A stretch of 64,000 bases of DNA from Macrostomum lignano (Eukaryota): contig NIVC01002378.1 of the NCBI GenBank assembly GCA_002269645.1, positions 62,001-126,000 on the forward strand, written 5' to 3'. The position numbers were made by a program, and so were the translations under genes. This document shows positions 10,728 through 23,782 of this stretch, one piece after another. The notes beneath the pieces were generated by a model. The model made no database searches, was not told where the DNA came from, and saw nothing but the letters and a program-made list of their open reading frames with translations. Position 1 is the first letter of the stretch. Each line of letters begins with the position of its first letter.

Positions 10728-11104
10728 GGAAGTTCCCTCAGCTGTGATTTTTTTATAGCGCTGCCCGCTCCGGCGGACGATCCGTCCGAGGCATTGGAAA
10801 AGCCGCAGGCGCCTAGGAATTCCCGAGGCGGCAGCCGGTCGCCCTCCGGAACGGCAAGCGTAGGCGGAGAGTAGCGGTGAGCCGGTGAGCTCTGCTGAGC
10901 ACCCGTACTCACTCAGACACGAGCAGTTAGCAGCAGGGTGAGAGATACGGCAGAGATATTGGCGAGAATCAGTGCAGAGGGCTACGGAGGGAGGGGGTTG
11001 GGAGGCCGTTGCGCACTGCGGCATTGTGGAACAAAAATAGCTGGATTCTCCAACCCAGGCTCAGCTGGTCTGGCGTGAGCTGGCGCACTGATCAGTTCCT
11101 GGAA
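10728..11104 (-). promoter_or_regulatory. Putative promoter of the secreted-protein gene: TATA box, two kB-like sites, one STAT (GAS) site
   Basis: Minus-strand TATAAAA at 10751-10757; GGGAACTTCC at 10728-10737; GGGAATTCCT at 10815-10824; TTCCTGGAA at 11096-11104. Motif matches only. Confidence 0.45.
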
Positions 11105-11140
11105 ATTCGAATTGAGTTCGCTCGGGGCTGTTCTGGCGGC

Positions 11141-11460
11141 TAAGATCTGGGCTAAGATTGGGCTAAGATTGGGCTAAGATTGGGCTAAGATTGGGCTAAA
11201 GTCTGGGCTAAGATTGGGCTAAGATTAGGCTAAAGTCTGGGCTAAGATTGGGCTAAGATTGGGCTAATATCTGGGCTAAGGTCTGGGCTAAGGTCTGGGC
11301 TACGGTCTGGGCTAAGGTCTGGGCTACGGTCTGGGCTAAGGTCTGGGCTACGGTCTGGGCTAAGGTCTGGGCTACGGTCTGGGCTAAGGTCTGGGCTAAG
11401 ATGGGAATGGATTAAGTTATAATCTGGGCTAAGATTCGGGCTAGACAAAAGCTAAGATCT
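11141..11460. repeat. 10/12-bp minisatellite
   Basis: tgggctaagat-type 10-mers grading into ctgggctaaggt/ctgggctacggt 12-mers. Confidence 0.93.
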
Positions 11461-14084
11461 GTGCTACAGATTTGGACATTGCCAAAATGTGTATGTTTAT
11501 GGCATGGAAATGGCAGGTCATTCCCTGGAGATGAGTCAGAATTTTAATATATAATTTAACAGTAGCATTGCAAGTACAGCCAACAACAGCAACTGTAGTG
11601 TAAGTCAAAAGTAAAAGTGCAGTGTTTCATGATGATGCCCCATGGATGAAGGTGGATGAATTCCTTCATCCATGTGATGCCCCAGCAGAAAAAGGAATAA
11701 TAAAAAACTTTTTAAACTGAGTACAAAAAAAGTACTGCCCAAATATATTCGCCATTGGTGATGTCTACGGTACGTCCCCACTTCAAAACCATGCGCAACA
11801 TCTTTTGAATCCCTGCTCGAGGGCACACTTAACAACGCCAAGACAATAAGCACTGCCGCTGTTCTTTATCAGCTTGAAGTAGGATTTTAGTTGCGAAGAA
11901 ATTCATTACGTGTGTCTTAGGGGTGCATTAGGGATACCATTAAGCTTCTCGGAGGTGACGAAGGTCCAGAATCGTTCACCATGCATGCATGCATGTACAT
12001 TAGGGTGGCCCACAACTGAATGATAAACACTTGCAGCTGTAATGAAGTCTGGCTTATCGACCAAAGCCACGCCAACAATCCAAGGAGCTGCTGGCCTCCT
12101 CATGGTGGGTGCCACAGTTCAACTTCTTGCCTACTAGCACTGGGAAAGCCACAAGACACTAGGCGAGAGCTCAAAGTCATCCCAACCAGGCGATCACTGT
12201 GAGGAGGCCAGTGAGGCACAAAACCACTAACGAGCGCTTGTGGAAGCTGCTCATAAACAGAAGCAGCAGACCTCAACTGCCTCATGCAGCCATGCTGATG
12301 TGATGTTAGATGTTGACACTGTGTCAGACGATCTGTCTGACCCACAGATACTAGAATAACTAGATGGTCCACTCTGGCATTTATACTTAGTAAAACAGCT
12401 TTCTACTTTCAGTTCAGTAGCAAAGAAGAATACATAAGCTATTTTATAAGAATAAGGCAGCTGAAATGACTTTGATAAGTTTAGAAGCCCAAGCTTGCAG
12501 GCGTAAACAGCTTGCTAATTGGTTCAGCCATAATGTACATTAGCCACTGAAATGTACAAGGCAGATTTAGGCTGGAACAACCGAAGAAGGTAATAAAATT
12601 AGGTCGCGGGCCGGGGGTAGAGGTTCTATGAAGAGTTTGAGGGTTTAATAGCTTGGGGGGGGTAAGAGCCAATAAATAAGCTTTGTCTTTAAAAATACAT
12701 TAAAATGCTTCTGTTTAACTTACTACTGAACTGAAAGTAGCTGGCACGCAAATGTGCCGAGTGGCCTATATAGTTGTTCTAGTTGTTCTAGTATCTGTGG
12801 AATAACAGACCACTTGTTCTAGTCTCGTATCTGTGGTCTGACCTAGACTACTGCTTCCCAAATTCTCGGCTTCTCTCCCGAAGTGCCTTCGTAGCCCCAT
12901 ACAAATAATCACGCTGAACATGGCTGCAGCTTTGGTCTTCGTCAGTTGCACAAACTTCTTACCATACCAAAGATTGGTCGCGGGTACGAGCTACAAGAGA
13001 GAACTGAGCCAATGAATGCATCTAAAAGCTCGACAACTGCAATATTAAACACGGTCTAAGGCATGGATCTTATATACACTTAGAGATTTCCCAAAATCAT
13101 AAATTCACGTACTTGCTGCCCGCGAAACTGGTGATACTGACGTGTATTCACTGGTATGGAAGGACAGAAATCGAATCAGTTCAAGTTCAGTTTGCCTTAT
13201 ATCGTTTACGTAATCGTTTAAGCCAACTTCTTTTACATGTAGCTTTCTTAAAACAGCCTTCTCTCAAAACTTCTTTCTTTCTCTCAAAACGCACTCTGCT
13301 GATTATCTTACACTGGTCATTTGCAAAAGCATCCGAAGTCTTACGCTGACACAGCTGAATAAAAAGGTAATTTACGCTCGTAATACTCGTTTCAGCTACT
13401 GACAAATATGCGCATAAACTACTGAAATCTAGCTGAAATCACTGCTTCTTGTAATGCTTCCCATAGAATCAATGGTTTGGCTGGGTGCCACTGAGTGGAA
13501 AGAGGGAAATCACATGACCATTACTATGTCGACTACAAAAAACTGCCTGGAGAAGTCATATCTGGATTGCCATCACAGATGGATGTGATCTCCTCCAACA
13601 TCAAACCGATGAGCGCCTTCTGGAGAAGCAAATCGAGCAAGCGTCAAATGGAGATGACGATTTTGTGCTGCCTGACGATATTCACCTTGATGGCATGATG
13701 GCACGATGACTTGGTAGCCGAGGTCTCACGATGCTTCGAAAGCAAAGAATGAAACATGATCCATTCTAATCCTTCGCTGGCGGGCTTTGCGTGTCAAAGC
13801 GACTTAAACGACCGAAAAAATTATGGTCGAATTTTTCGAAAACGTTGTTTTCATCCATCATGTAATTCTCAGATTTCCTGTCCCTGGCAAAAATCTGAGA
13901 ATGCTTTAAAAAAAAAGCGAAAAACGTCTTTGTGAAAAGGATTAAGGAGACTGAAAAACTGACTTCAAAGTAAAGAGAGGCTCTGACTCCACATAACGAG
14001 ATTTTTTATGTCCTTGGACGGAGAAAGAATCCAACACTGCCTTTTCAATTGATCAAAAATCTCTTCTCTCGAGGATCTCAACCT

Positions 14085-15890
14085 CCTTAGATCCTTCCCT
14101 GAGAGTCTCAACCAGGTCCTTAGATCCTGTCCCTGAGAGTCTCAACCAGCTCAATAGATCCTGTCCCTGAGAGTCTCAACCTCCATATATCCTTCCCTGG
14201 GAGTCTCAACCAGATCCTTAGATCCTGTCCCTGAGAGTCTCAACCAGCTCCTTAGATCCTGTCCCTGAGAGTCTCAACCAGCTCAATAGATCCTGTCCCT
14301 GAGAGTCTCAACCAGATCCTTAGATCCTGTCCCTGAGAGTCTCAACTAGCTCCTTAGATCCTGTTCCTGAGAGTCTCAACCAGCTCCTCAGATCCTGTCC
14401 CTGAGAGTCTCAACCAGCTCAATAGATCCTGTCCCTGAGAGTCTCAACCAGCTCCTTAGATCCTGTCCGTCCCTCTCTCAACCAGCTCGTTAGATCCTGT
14501 CCCTGAGAGTCTCAACCAGCTCAATAGATCCTGTCCCTGAGAGTCTCAACCTCCATATATCCTTCCCTGGGAGTCTCAACCAGATCCTTAGATCCTGTCC
14601 CTGAGAGTCTCAACCAGCTCGTTAGATCCTGTCCCTGAGAGTCTCAACCAGCTCAATAGATCCTGTCCCTGAGAGTCTCAACCAGATCCTTAGATCCTGT
14701 CCCTGAGAGTCTCAACTAGCTCCTTAGATCCTGTTCCTGAGAGTCTCAACCAGCTCCTCAGATCCTGTCCCTGAGAGTCTCAACCAGCTCAATAGATCCT
14801 GTCCCTGAGAGTCTCAACCAGCTCCTTAGATCCTGTCCGTCCCTCTCTCAACCAGCTCGTTAGATCCTGTCCCTGAGAGTCTCAACCAGCTCGTTAGATC
14901 CTGTCCCTGAGAGTCTCAACCAGCTCAATAGATCCTGTCCCTGAGAGTCTCAACTAGCTCCTTAGATCCTGTTCCTGAGAGTCTCAACCAGCTCCTCAGA
15001 TCCTGTCCCTGAGAGTCTCAACCAGCTCAATAGATCCTGTCCCTGAGAGTCTCAACTAGCTCCTTAGATCCTGTTCCTGAGAGTCTCAACCAGCTCCTCA
15101 GATCCTGTCCCTGAGAGTCTCAACCAGATCCTTAGATCCTGTTCCTGAGAGTCTCAACCAGCTCCTTAGATCCTGTCCCTGAGAGTCTCAACCAGCTCAA
15201 TAGATCCTGTCCCTGAGAGTCTCAACCAGATCCTTAGATCCTGTTCCTGAGAGTCTCAACCAGCTCCTCAGATCCTGTCCCTGAGAGTCTCAACCAGCTC
15301 AATAGATCCTGTCCCTGAGAGTCTCAACCAGATCCTTAGATCCTGTCCCTGAGAGTCTCAACTAGCTCCTTAGATCCTGTCCGTCCCTCTCTCAACCAGC
15401 TCGTTAGATCCTGTCCCTGAGAGTCTCAACCAGATCGTTAGATCCTGTCCCTGAGAGTCTCAACCAGATCCTTAGATCCTGTCCCTGAGAGTCTCAACCA
15501 GATCCTTAGATCCTGTCCCTCTCTCAACCAGCTCGTTAGATCCTGTCCCTCTCTCAACCAGCTCGTTAGATCCTGTCCCTGAGAGTCTCAACCAGCTCCT
15601 TAGATCCTGTCCCTCTCTCAACCAGCTCGTTAGATCCTGTCCCTGAGAGTCTCAACCAGCTCGTTAGATCCTGTCCCTGAGAGTCTCAACCAGATCCTTA
15701 GATCCTGTCCCTGAGAGTCTCAACTAGCTCCTTAGATCCTGTCCCTGAGAGTCTCAACCTCAATAGATCCTGTCCCTGAGAGTCTCAACTAGCTCCTTAG
15801 ATCCTGTCCCTGAGAGTCTCAACCTCAATAGATCCTGTCCCTGAGAGTCTCAACTAGCTCCTTAGATCCTGTTCCTGAGAATAGCTCGTT
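14085..15890. repeat. ~34-bp minisatellite, ~1.8 kb, with higher-order structure
   Basis: Unit agatcctgtccctgagagtctcaaccagctcctt; rare variants recur at 370-bp spacing. Confidence 0.97.
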
Positions 15891-17178
15891 AGATCTATTC
15901 CCTGCCCGAGTTCGTTGAGTTTGCACTTGGATCAACTCTCTATAGTGCAACGATGCATTTCTAACTGTTTTAAGCTAGACAAACTGCAAGCCAAGGCTAG
16001 AAAGCATGCACTGCAGGAGAGAGACCGCTATCGCTACTGGTGCCCTGCTGTAACACGCTGTAACATAGCGGATGAGTCAGTGCAAGTCCAAGCCTTCGCA
16101 GCCGTCTATAGATACCCAGATATCGTGGCTTTAAGAGCCAAGCTAACAGGGGCATGCAGGCGAATGGTGCGCATAGACAGTCCGACAGACGTGGAGAATT
16201 TTAAAAAGAAAACTGCAGTAGCTTGTTATCTGTGCCGGGGTAGTATTTCACATCGGCAGGGGTTAAATGTAATTTAGACTTAAGAACGACGCATTGTATC
16301 TTGATTACGCCTGGTCTTGCGACAGTAAATACAGGGTCCGCAGGCTTATAGTTGGCTTCGATTGCACAAGGCTGCGAAGTTGACAGCAATAAGATACTGC
16401 GGCTGGCGTATTGCATTACATTCAATACACTTTGCCAAATGTGTAATAGCCTGCGGCTCTGTGCCTTGCCCCAGGCTCGACTCGGTCCGTGAGCGGCCAC
16501 ACCCATGAGTGCCAGCCCCCAAGACACAGAGAGTGTACATGTCTGACGATTAGAAAGTCAGGCAACGCGGTTGTATGTGGCTCAGCGCTGATTGTAGGAC
16601 GATATCGCCGAAGGTCGCAAGAGGATGCAAGAATATTTATAGTTTGAAGAGCTCAGTACGCATTCCTGTAAATTGAAAAATTGAAACAGTTGAACAAGCA
16701 TCGCAGTTGCATTTTAAATAGCTCCCTTTGCGTTGGCAAGAGAGGGTTAATTAACAATTAATTAGCCTTCAACAGGTACTTGGGTTCGAATACTTCAGAG
16801 AGATGACTGTGCAATGCATGTATATTTAAAATAAAGTATATTGGTGGAAAACTACACAAAAAAGTCATCACAACGCATGTGCATACACTGTACACCTGTT
16901 TACATGTCGTAACTGTCATCGTACGGAATTTTTAACTAGCAAGGGAGGGCCGGGGTTGTTCTGCAATAAACAGTTTACTAAATATTGGTGATGCAGACTT
17001 CAAATCCTGATTAATTCAGTGATAAATTCAGTCAACGTCCTTGTTCTGCAAACAGCATCTTAAAGGGGATTGTTATGTCTAATCCTGAAAAACATGTGAT
17101 ACCGTAATAGAGGATTCTAGTGGCTAAAGTTGGCGTACATTTAAAATCCTCATAATTATCCTCCATCCCAATCTCACT

Positions 17179-17860
17179 CAGGGGTGTAGCCGGGAGGTGG
17201 GAGGGCGCAAAGGGGGGTCGTGCCCCCACTTCAGTTAGGTTGGAAAAACTTGTCAGCTAATTCGGCGCCCCCTTGCCAGCTGATTTGGCGCCCCTTGCCA
17301 GTTGATTTGGCGCCCCTTGCCAGTTGATTTGGCGCCACTTGCCAGTTGATTTGGCGCCCCCTTGCCAGCTGATTTGGCGCCCCCTTGCCAGTTGATTTGG
17401 CGCCCCCCTTGCCAGTTGATTTGGCGCCCCTTGCCAGTTGATTTGGCGCCTCTTGCCAGTTGATTTGGCGCCACTTGCCAGTTGATTTGGCGCCACTTGC
17501 CAGTTGATTTGGCGCCCCCTTGCCAGCTGATTTGGCGCCCCCTTGCCAGTTGATTTGGCGCCCCCCTTGCCAGTTGATTTGGCGCCCCTTGCCAGTTGAT
17601 TTGGCGCCCCTTGCCAGTTGATTTGGCGCCCCTTGCCAGTTGATTTGGCGCCCCCCTTGCCAGTTGTTTTGGCGCCCCCCTTGCCAGTTGATTTGGCGCC
17701 CCCCTTGCCAGTTGATTTGGCGCCACTTGCCAGTTGATTTGGCGCCCCTTGCCAGCTGATTTGGCGCCCCCTTGCCAGCTGATTTGGCGCTCCTTGCCAG
17801 CTGATTAAGCTTTCAAGGAAAGTACAATGAACCCATTCGAACTGGAGGCTACGGCATGCC
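17179..17860. mobile_element. CAGGGG-ended non-autonomous element carrying a ~21-bp internal minisatellite
   Basis: Begins caggggtgtagcc (17179) and ends near ggctacggcatg (~17848-17859), a weak terminal inverted match. Internal array (ttgccagttgatttggcgccc)n at 17253-17807. No TSD seen. Confidence 0.5.
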
Positions 17861-19419
17861 TTGCTGACTGCTGCGCTTCAATCTGCGCCAACCTGACCTT
17901 GTGAAGAGATTGATAAATGCAGCTAGCGCTGCGATCAAGGTTCACTAGCTACGCGTAGGAAAACCTGCTCAGCTCCCCACCCCCTCCAGACAGTTGCGGT
18001 TGGCAGTGCCGAGGAAAAAAGTTTTGCTTGGAGTTTTAAATCAACTTAAACAAAAAAGTAAACTAGACAGATAGGTAGATAGATCTGCTCGCCAAGATCG
18101 GCAAAAAGCATTTCTTATCTCTCTATGCATAGCTAAGTAGCATGAGATAAGAAAATGCTGGCAATGCTGGTAAATGCCAGGAGTTGCTTCACAGATAAGA
18201 GTGGCGTTCTTCTATATGCGCTACAATACAGCACGCAGCCAAATTTCAAAGGCTCCTCGAGACACGTGACCATAAGAGAATTCACTCCCGACCAATGAGC
18301 TGCCGTCCTCCAGGACTGCACTACACTGTGGTATAAATACACAGACCGCTCCGAGCATTGCCTTTCTGCTATGCAGTCTGACATTTTCTGCTTTCAGTTC
18401 GGTTCGCGCAACTCGACCGTATCTTCCAGGTTGCTGCGGCTTCTGCTGAGAGCTCCATCATGTGAATCTAATACCCCACCATGTGTAAGTGATCGATTTC
18501 ATTTAGATCACAGATTTACTTATTATTTTATAACAAACTATATGATAGAATCACTTTCTTTCCAGGAATCGCGTGCATCATCCGCGGGCCAGTCATACCT
18601 ACTTATATATATATAGAAATCCACAATGTGCCAATCCATACACAACTCCTCTCGCAACAAAGACCTTATTAAATACATGTAGTGCTTCCCTACTGTTTAT
18701 TTTATTACTGCCTAATCTCAAATGTTGAAATCCTGTCGCTATAACCAGACGCTATGGTGCTCAGTTATACAGAAATGTGTATACCGCATACTATTATATA
18801 ATTTTACTGACATTTAGACTTTACTGTTAACTGCGTGTGCTTCAGCATAATACTAATGTAAATAATGCCCGCGCTTTTCTAACCTTAGTACTAGTAGTAG
18901 AGATGTGCAATATATCAAGTTGGAGTTGTCACTCATAAATTCATCATCTATCCATCATATTACATTATCGATGACAAGCCAGTTTCAATGGTGAGCAGCG
19001 ACACCGTGATAAGCCTTATTACCGATAGCAGCATCAGCTTTTAATCTCCTGTTAAGGGCGCTCGCTCTATACATAATTACGGTAATCCTTTGTGCGCGCC
19101 AGTCTCCCCTGTGCGTATCGTTTTAAGCTTATTACCCCTGCAACCTGCGAATATCTAGTAACTGATTATAATTATTTCATTTTAATTAGCTTTTTAAGTA
19201 TTGATAGGAAAGCTAATCCATACTTTTCTTGCTGCGCTGTGACAATCAATTTCATTGTAAAGTCTTTATTGATAGATCATGAGATGTTCAATAAAATACA
19301 ATCGTTTCGCAAATGTTACATTAATTTTTCTATTCGAGTACCACATTCCAATTATTTCAAAACGAAAAGTTCTCAACTTACGCGCACTTAATTATGGCTT
19401 ATGGCTGCGGGCCAGATAA

Positions 19420-19970
19420 GAAAGGAAAAGCTGAAAGGAGAGAGAAGAGGAAAGAGATGAGAGATGGAATGAGAGAAGAGGGGAGAGAAGAGGAAAGAGA
19501 TAAGAGATGGAATGAGAGAAGAGGGGAGAGAAGAGGAAAGAGATAAGAGATGGAATGAGAGAAGAGGGGAGAGAAGAGGAAAGAGGAAAGAGACGAGAGA
19601 TGGAATGAGAGAAGAGGGGAGAGAAGAGAAGAGAGGAAAGAGATAAGAGATGGAATGAGAAAAGAGGGGAGAGAAGAGAGAGAGGAAAGAGATGAGAGAT
19701 GAAATGAGAGAAGGGGGAGAGAAGAGGAAAAAGATGAGAGATGGAATGAGAGAAGAGGAAAGAGATAAGAGATGGAATGAGAGGAGAGGGGAGAGAAGAG
19801 AGAAGAGGAAAAATATGAGAGATGGAATGAGAAAAGGGGGAGAGAAGACAGAAGAGGAAAAAGATGAGAGATGGAATGAGAGAAGAGGGAAAAGACAAGA
19901 GGAAAGAGATAAGAGATGGAATGAGAGGAGAGGAGAGAGAAAAGAGAGAATAGGAAAAAGATGAGATATA
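19420..19970. repeat. Polypurine ~40-bp minisatellite
   Basis: Unit approximately gagagaagaggaaagagataagagatggaatgagagaagaggg. Confidence 0.9.
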
Positions 19971-20013
19971 CAGAGGCCATATCAATACTATGAGCGTATT
20001 AATCACATCCAAT

Positions 20014-20400
20014 GGGGGCGGTAGCCTAGCGGACTAGCACGGCGGTCCTGATGTGCCAGCGGGCCAGGCTCGATTCCAAGTGCAAGTAAAATTAATTTGG
20101 AGCTAAATTGTAATCTCGGCTTGGGTTTGCTCGTGCAACCCCTCCAGGTGTACATGTCTAACAATATATAAAAAAAGTTAGGGCCGCTGTCGCTGTACAC
20201 TCCTGTGAGTGTGTGCCTGTGCATATGACTAACTGCGTACGTATCCGCGCGCTTGTGACCGTCGCTTAAAGTGCATCAAGGTGCACAAAACCCCCTTGCC
20301 TCTAACCAACTAGTATAGAATCACCACATTTATTTCGGCCCGCAAGTTGACTTCGCACTGAATCAGTAGGCTTTTGGCCATAGACATTCCCAGCATGCGG
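20014..20400 (+). mobile_element. tRNA-derived SINE-like element
   Basis: Head gggggcggtagcctagcggactag (A-box-like) ... ggctcgattcc (B-box-like) at tRNA-like spacing, followed by an unrelated body. The motif gcgtacgtatccg is shared with ~26989. Confidence 0.55.
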
Positions 20401-21168
20401 AGTCATGTCAGGATATTAAATTAGCATCCATTGAGGCTCATTAACCTAAGATTTAGTTTAAAAAATGAATAAATAATCTACTACTAGTAAATAAACACTT
20501 TAACCCGATTAACCCACTCTGGCCAACAAAGCGCAGAGACTGTTCGGCTGAACAGAGAGAACCAGTATTAGAATATATATTTGGCTGGATATCCGTGAGG
20601 CTTTAAAGATAAACAGTAGACTTCTAATTCTACTCTGAGTGTAAATATAAAATGCCGGCTACAAGCAGATGGCGAAGGAAAATTGCGCGGCATTTTAAAA
20701 ATTATATATATAGTAAAAACAGGAAACTGGAAACAAACTGAAACGAGACCAGAAATAGCGCACACAAGTAACAACGATTATTATTAAACTAAATTGAGCA
20801 CCCGTGGCAATAAAAGCCCGATATTTTTATCTAAGCAAAAACTGTTTGTAAAACGGTTTCAAAAAAGCCGTTTTGAAAATACGTGCGATTTGAATGATTC
20901 TAGAGAAAAATGCTAACAAACCTCTTAATATATTACTGAATATAGTAAGACTACTAAAGTAGAAAGTATAGAAAAATGCAATCTTATTGAACTTTTAGCT
21001 GCGAAAAAATAGAGAAAAAACGACAACAATGAAAGAAACAACTGGATTGGAAAAAACATTAAAAGTGAAGAAACGAGCGAGTTGCCGAATTGGCAAAAAA
21101 AGATAAACCAACAAAAATGATAAAGTAATATTTGCTTTTTTAACAATTTGTTTCTCAGCCAATTCTGC

Positions 21169-22922
21169 TCAGATTTTCAGTGGCGTATTAACAACGCTGC
21201 CGTAGCGGCCTCGTTTGCTGCTGGCGCCACCGGCGCGCCTCGATTTTGGCGTCGTAGCGGCGCCGGCAGCCGCGCCGGCTCCGCGCTTACCAGGCGGACG
21301 TCCGGGACGCTTGCGACCACCGGCCGTTTGACCGGCTTCCGGTTGCTTCTTCCGCTTATCCTCCATGGCGACTTCGGCATTCGAATCGGCACTGGCTTTC
21401 GACGAGCTTTCCTCAAAGCCGCCGGCGCCTCCGCTGCGGCAGGCGCGACCGAAAAATTTCGGCAGCAACTGGCGCCGCAACAGAACCCGATCGATGACGT
21501 AATCGCTGGCGCCGGCGCCGGCTGATGGCGCCGCTAGGGCACCAAGTTCGACTAGCTTTTTAACCAGACTGCCGGCCGATTGGACGGGCACAGACAGGCG
21601 CTCGGACAGGCGGCCGGGTGTCACGGGATCGTTGAGTTCCAGTAGGGCGTTGAGCGCGGCGCGGACCAGACAGAATGAGCGCCGTTCGACAGGGGCGCGC
21701 ATTCGCTGCAGCAGCTGGTCGTGCGAATTGTCGGCCAGATTGCCGGTTTCGCAGAGAAATTTCGACTCTGCAGAGCGGAGAGAGTGGGAAGGCGGTAACA
21801 AGTGAATGCACAAGTGCTCAGGCCGATAGATAGAGATATGAATGCCTGACCATTCTAAAATATGCCTGAAAAAATAAGAAACGTACCTAAACAAAGACAT
21901 ACCGGCACAAAGGCATACTATCGTATTTGAACATGCACACATACCGGAACAGACACATACCTGAATTAAGATACATGCCGAAAAAAAACTAACCAGAACA
22001 AAGACACATACCTGAATAAAGACACATGCCGAAAAAAGACACACTGGAACAAAGACACATACCTGAATAAAGACATACTGGAACAAAGACATACTGGAAT
22101 AAAGACATACTGGAACAAAGACACATACCGGAACAAACACACATACTAGAACAAAGACACATACTGTAACAAACACATATCTGAATAAAGACATACTGGA
22201 ATAAAGACATACAGGAACAAAGACACATACCGGAACAAAGACACATACCGGAACAAAGACACACACCGGAACAAAGAGACATACCGAGTATCCGAGCAAA
22301 AATACATTGAAGCGAACAAAGTACAAAACAGACACTGGTATGCATTTGAACAGAAAACACCTCAGTCCGTAAGGATACCCGTCTAAACAAAAACACCGCT
22401 TACCAATGCAGACCTCGCAATAGTGCACAGGGGGCGCTTCGCTCTCCCGCAGGATGCCAAAGCAGACTGCGTGCTGCCACAGTTCGCAGGCCTCGCAGCG
22501 GATCATGATGCCCATGTCGGCGTCCCGCTCGCACGGACAGCGAACCGACAGCTCCTCTTCTTCATCATCGCCGATGTCGCCAGCCTCTTCATTATCGGCA
22601 ACAGCTGATCCGCTTAAATTATTGTTATTAGCGTCCGATAATTCGGACACTTCAGACGGCGAAACCGCGGCGGCGGCGGCCCCAGAAGCGGGCGTCAGTT
22701 GTTTATTTGGCCTGGCCTTCTTGCCTTGCTGCTGGCGCTTAGAGTTGGACTTGTTGCTAGCCGAATCGCGGAAATAATCCCGACCGGTTGACAGCATCAT
22801 GTGGAAGCTGGGGAATGAGTGATGGCGAATGATATTAGAATGATGGCACTGATCGACAACTGCCGGTCAAAAACAATAATCACTGCGATAAACGGACCTG
22901 ACAGACAGGCAGATAGACAGAA

Positions 22923-23005
<83 letters not shown>

Positions 23006-23560
23006 GACAGAAAGACAGACAGAAAGACAGACTGACTGATAGACAGGCGGACATATTAGGAGTCAAAAACAAGCAAGCAGAACAATGAAACAGAGGTGAG
23101 GGTATAAATTAAATAATTTTCAATAACAGAAAAAAACAACATAGAAAAATTCAGCAGTAAACAAAAATATAAACAACAAAATCTAATAGCATAGCAACCC
23201 AAATACGAGCTAAAGGTAAAGCAACCTCCAAAAATCATTGCTATGAAAAATGAGCCAATATTGTACATACCCATTGAATTTCTGAAAAAAGAAATAGAGT
23301 ACCGATATGGTTAAAACTTGAGCGACAAGAATAAAATGGCAGGGAAAATTCAAAATCCCGACAGCCAAATTAAACTGCGAACTCACGGTGAACACGTCGC
23401 CAAGCCGCAACTCGATCTCCTCCTCGGGCAGGCGGGCTGGGCTGTCCGGGTCAGCGCGGAAGCCGGGCGGCTCGTATTCATCTGGGGCTGGGTATAGATG
23501 GATAGATAGATGGATATATAGATAGATAGATAGATAGATAGAAAGATATATGGATAGATG

Positions 23561-23615
<55 letters not shown>

Positions 23616-23700
23616 GGATAGATAGATAGATAGATAGATAGATGGATAGATAGATAGATAGATAGATAGAAAGATATATGGATAGATAGATAGATAGATG

Positions 23701-23747
<47 letters not shown>

Positions 23748-23748
23748 G

Positions 23749-23782
<34 letters not shown>

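Noticed and set aside
11141-11460. Telomere-like repeat
   Set aside because: The unit is gggctaagat, not TTAGGG; treated as an ordinary minisatellite.
11600-13750. Possible LINE/RTE fragments
   Set aside because: Only faint resemblance in short frames; no RT or endonuclease motif could be read.
15915-16540. Overlapping 100-120-aa ORFs
   Set aside because: Non-ATG or weak starts, no motifs and no splice partners.
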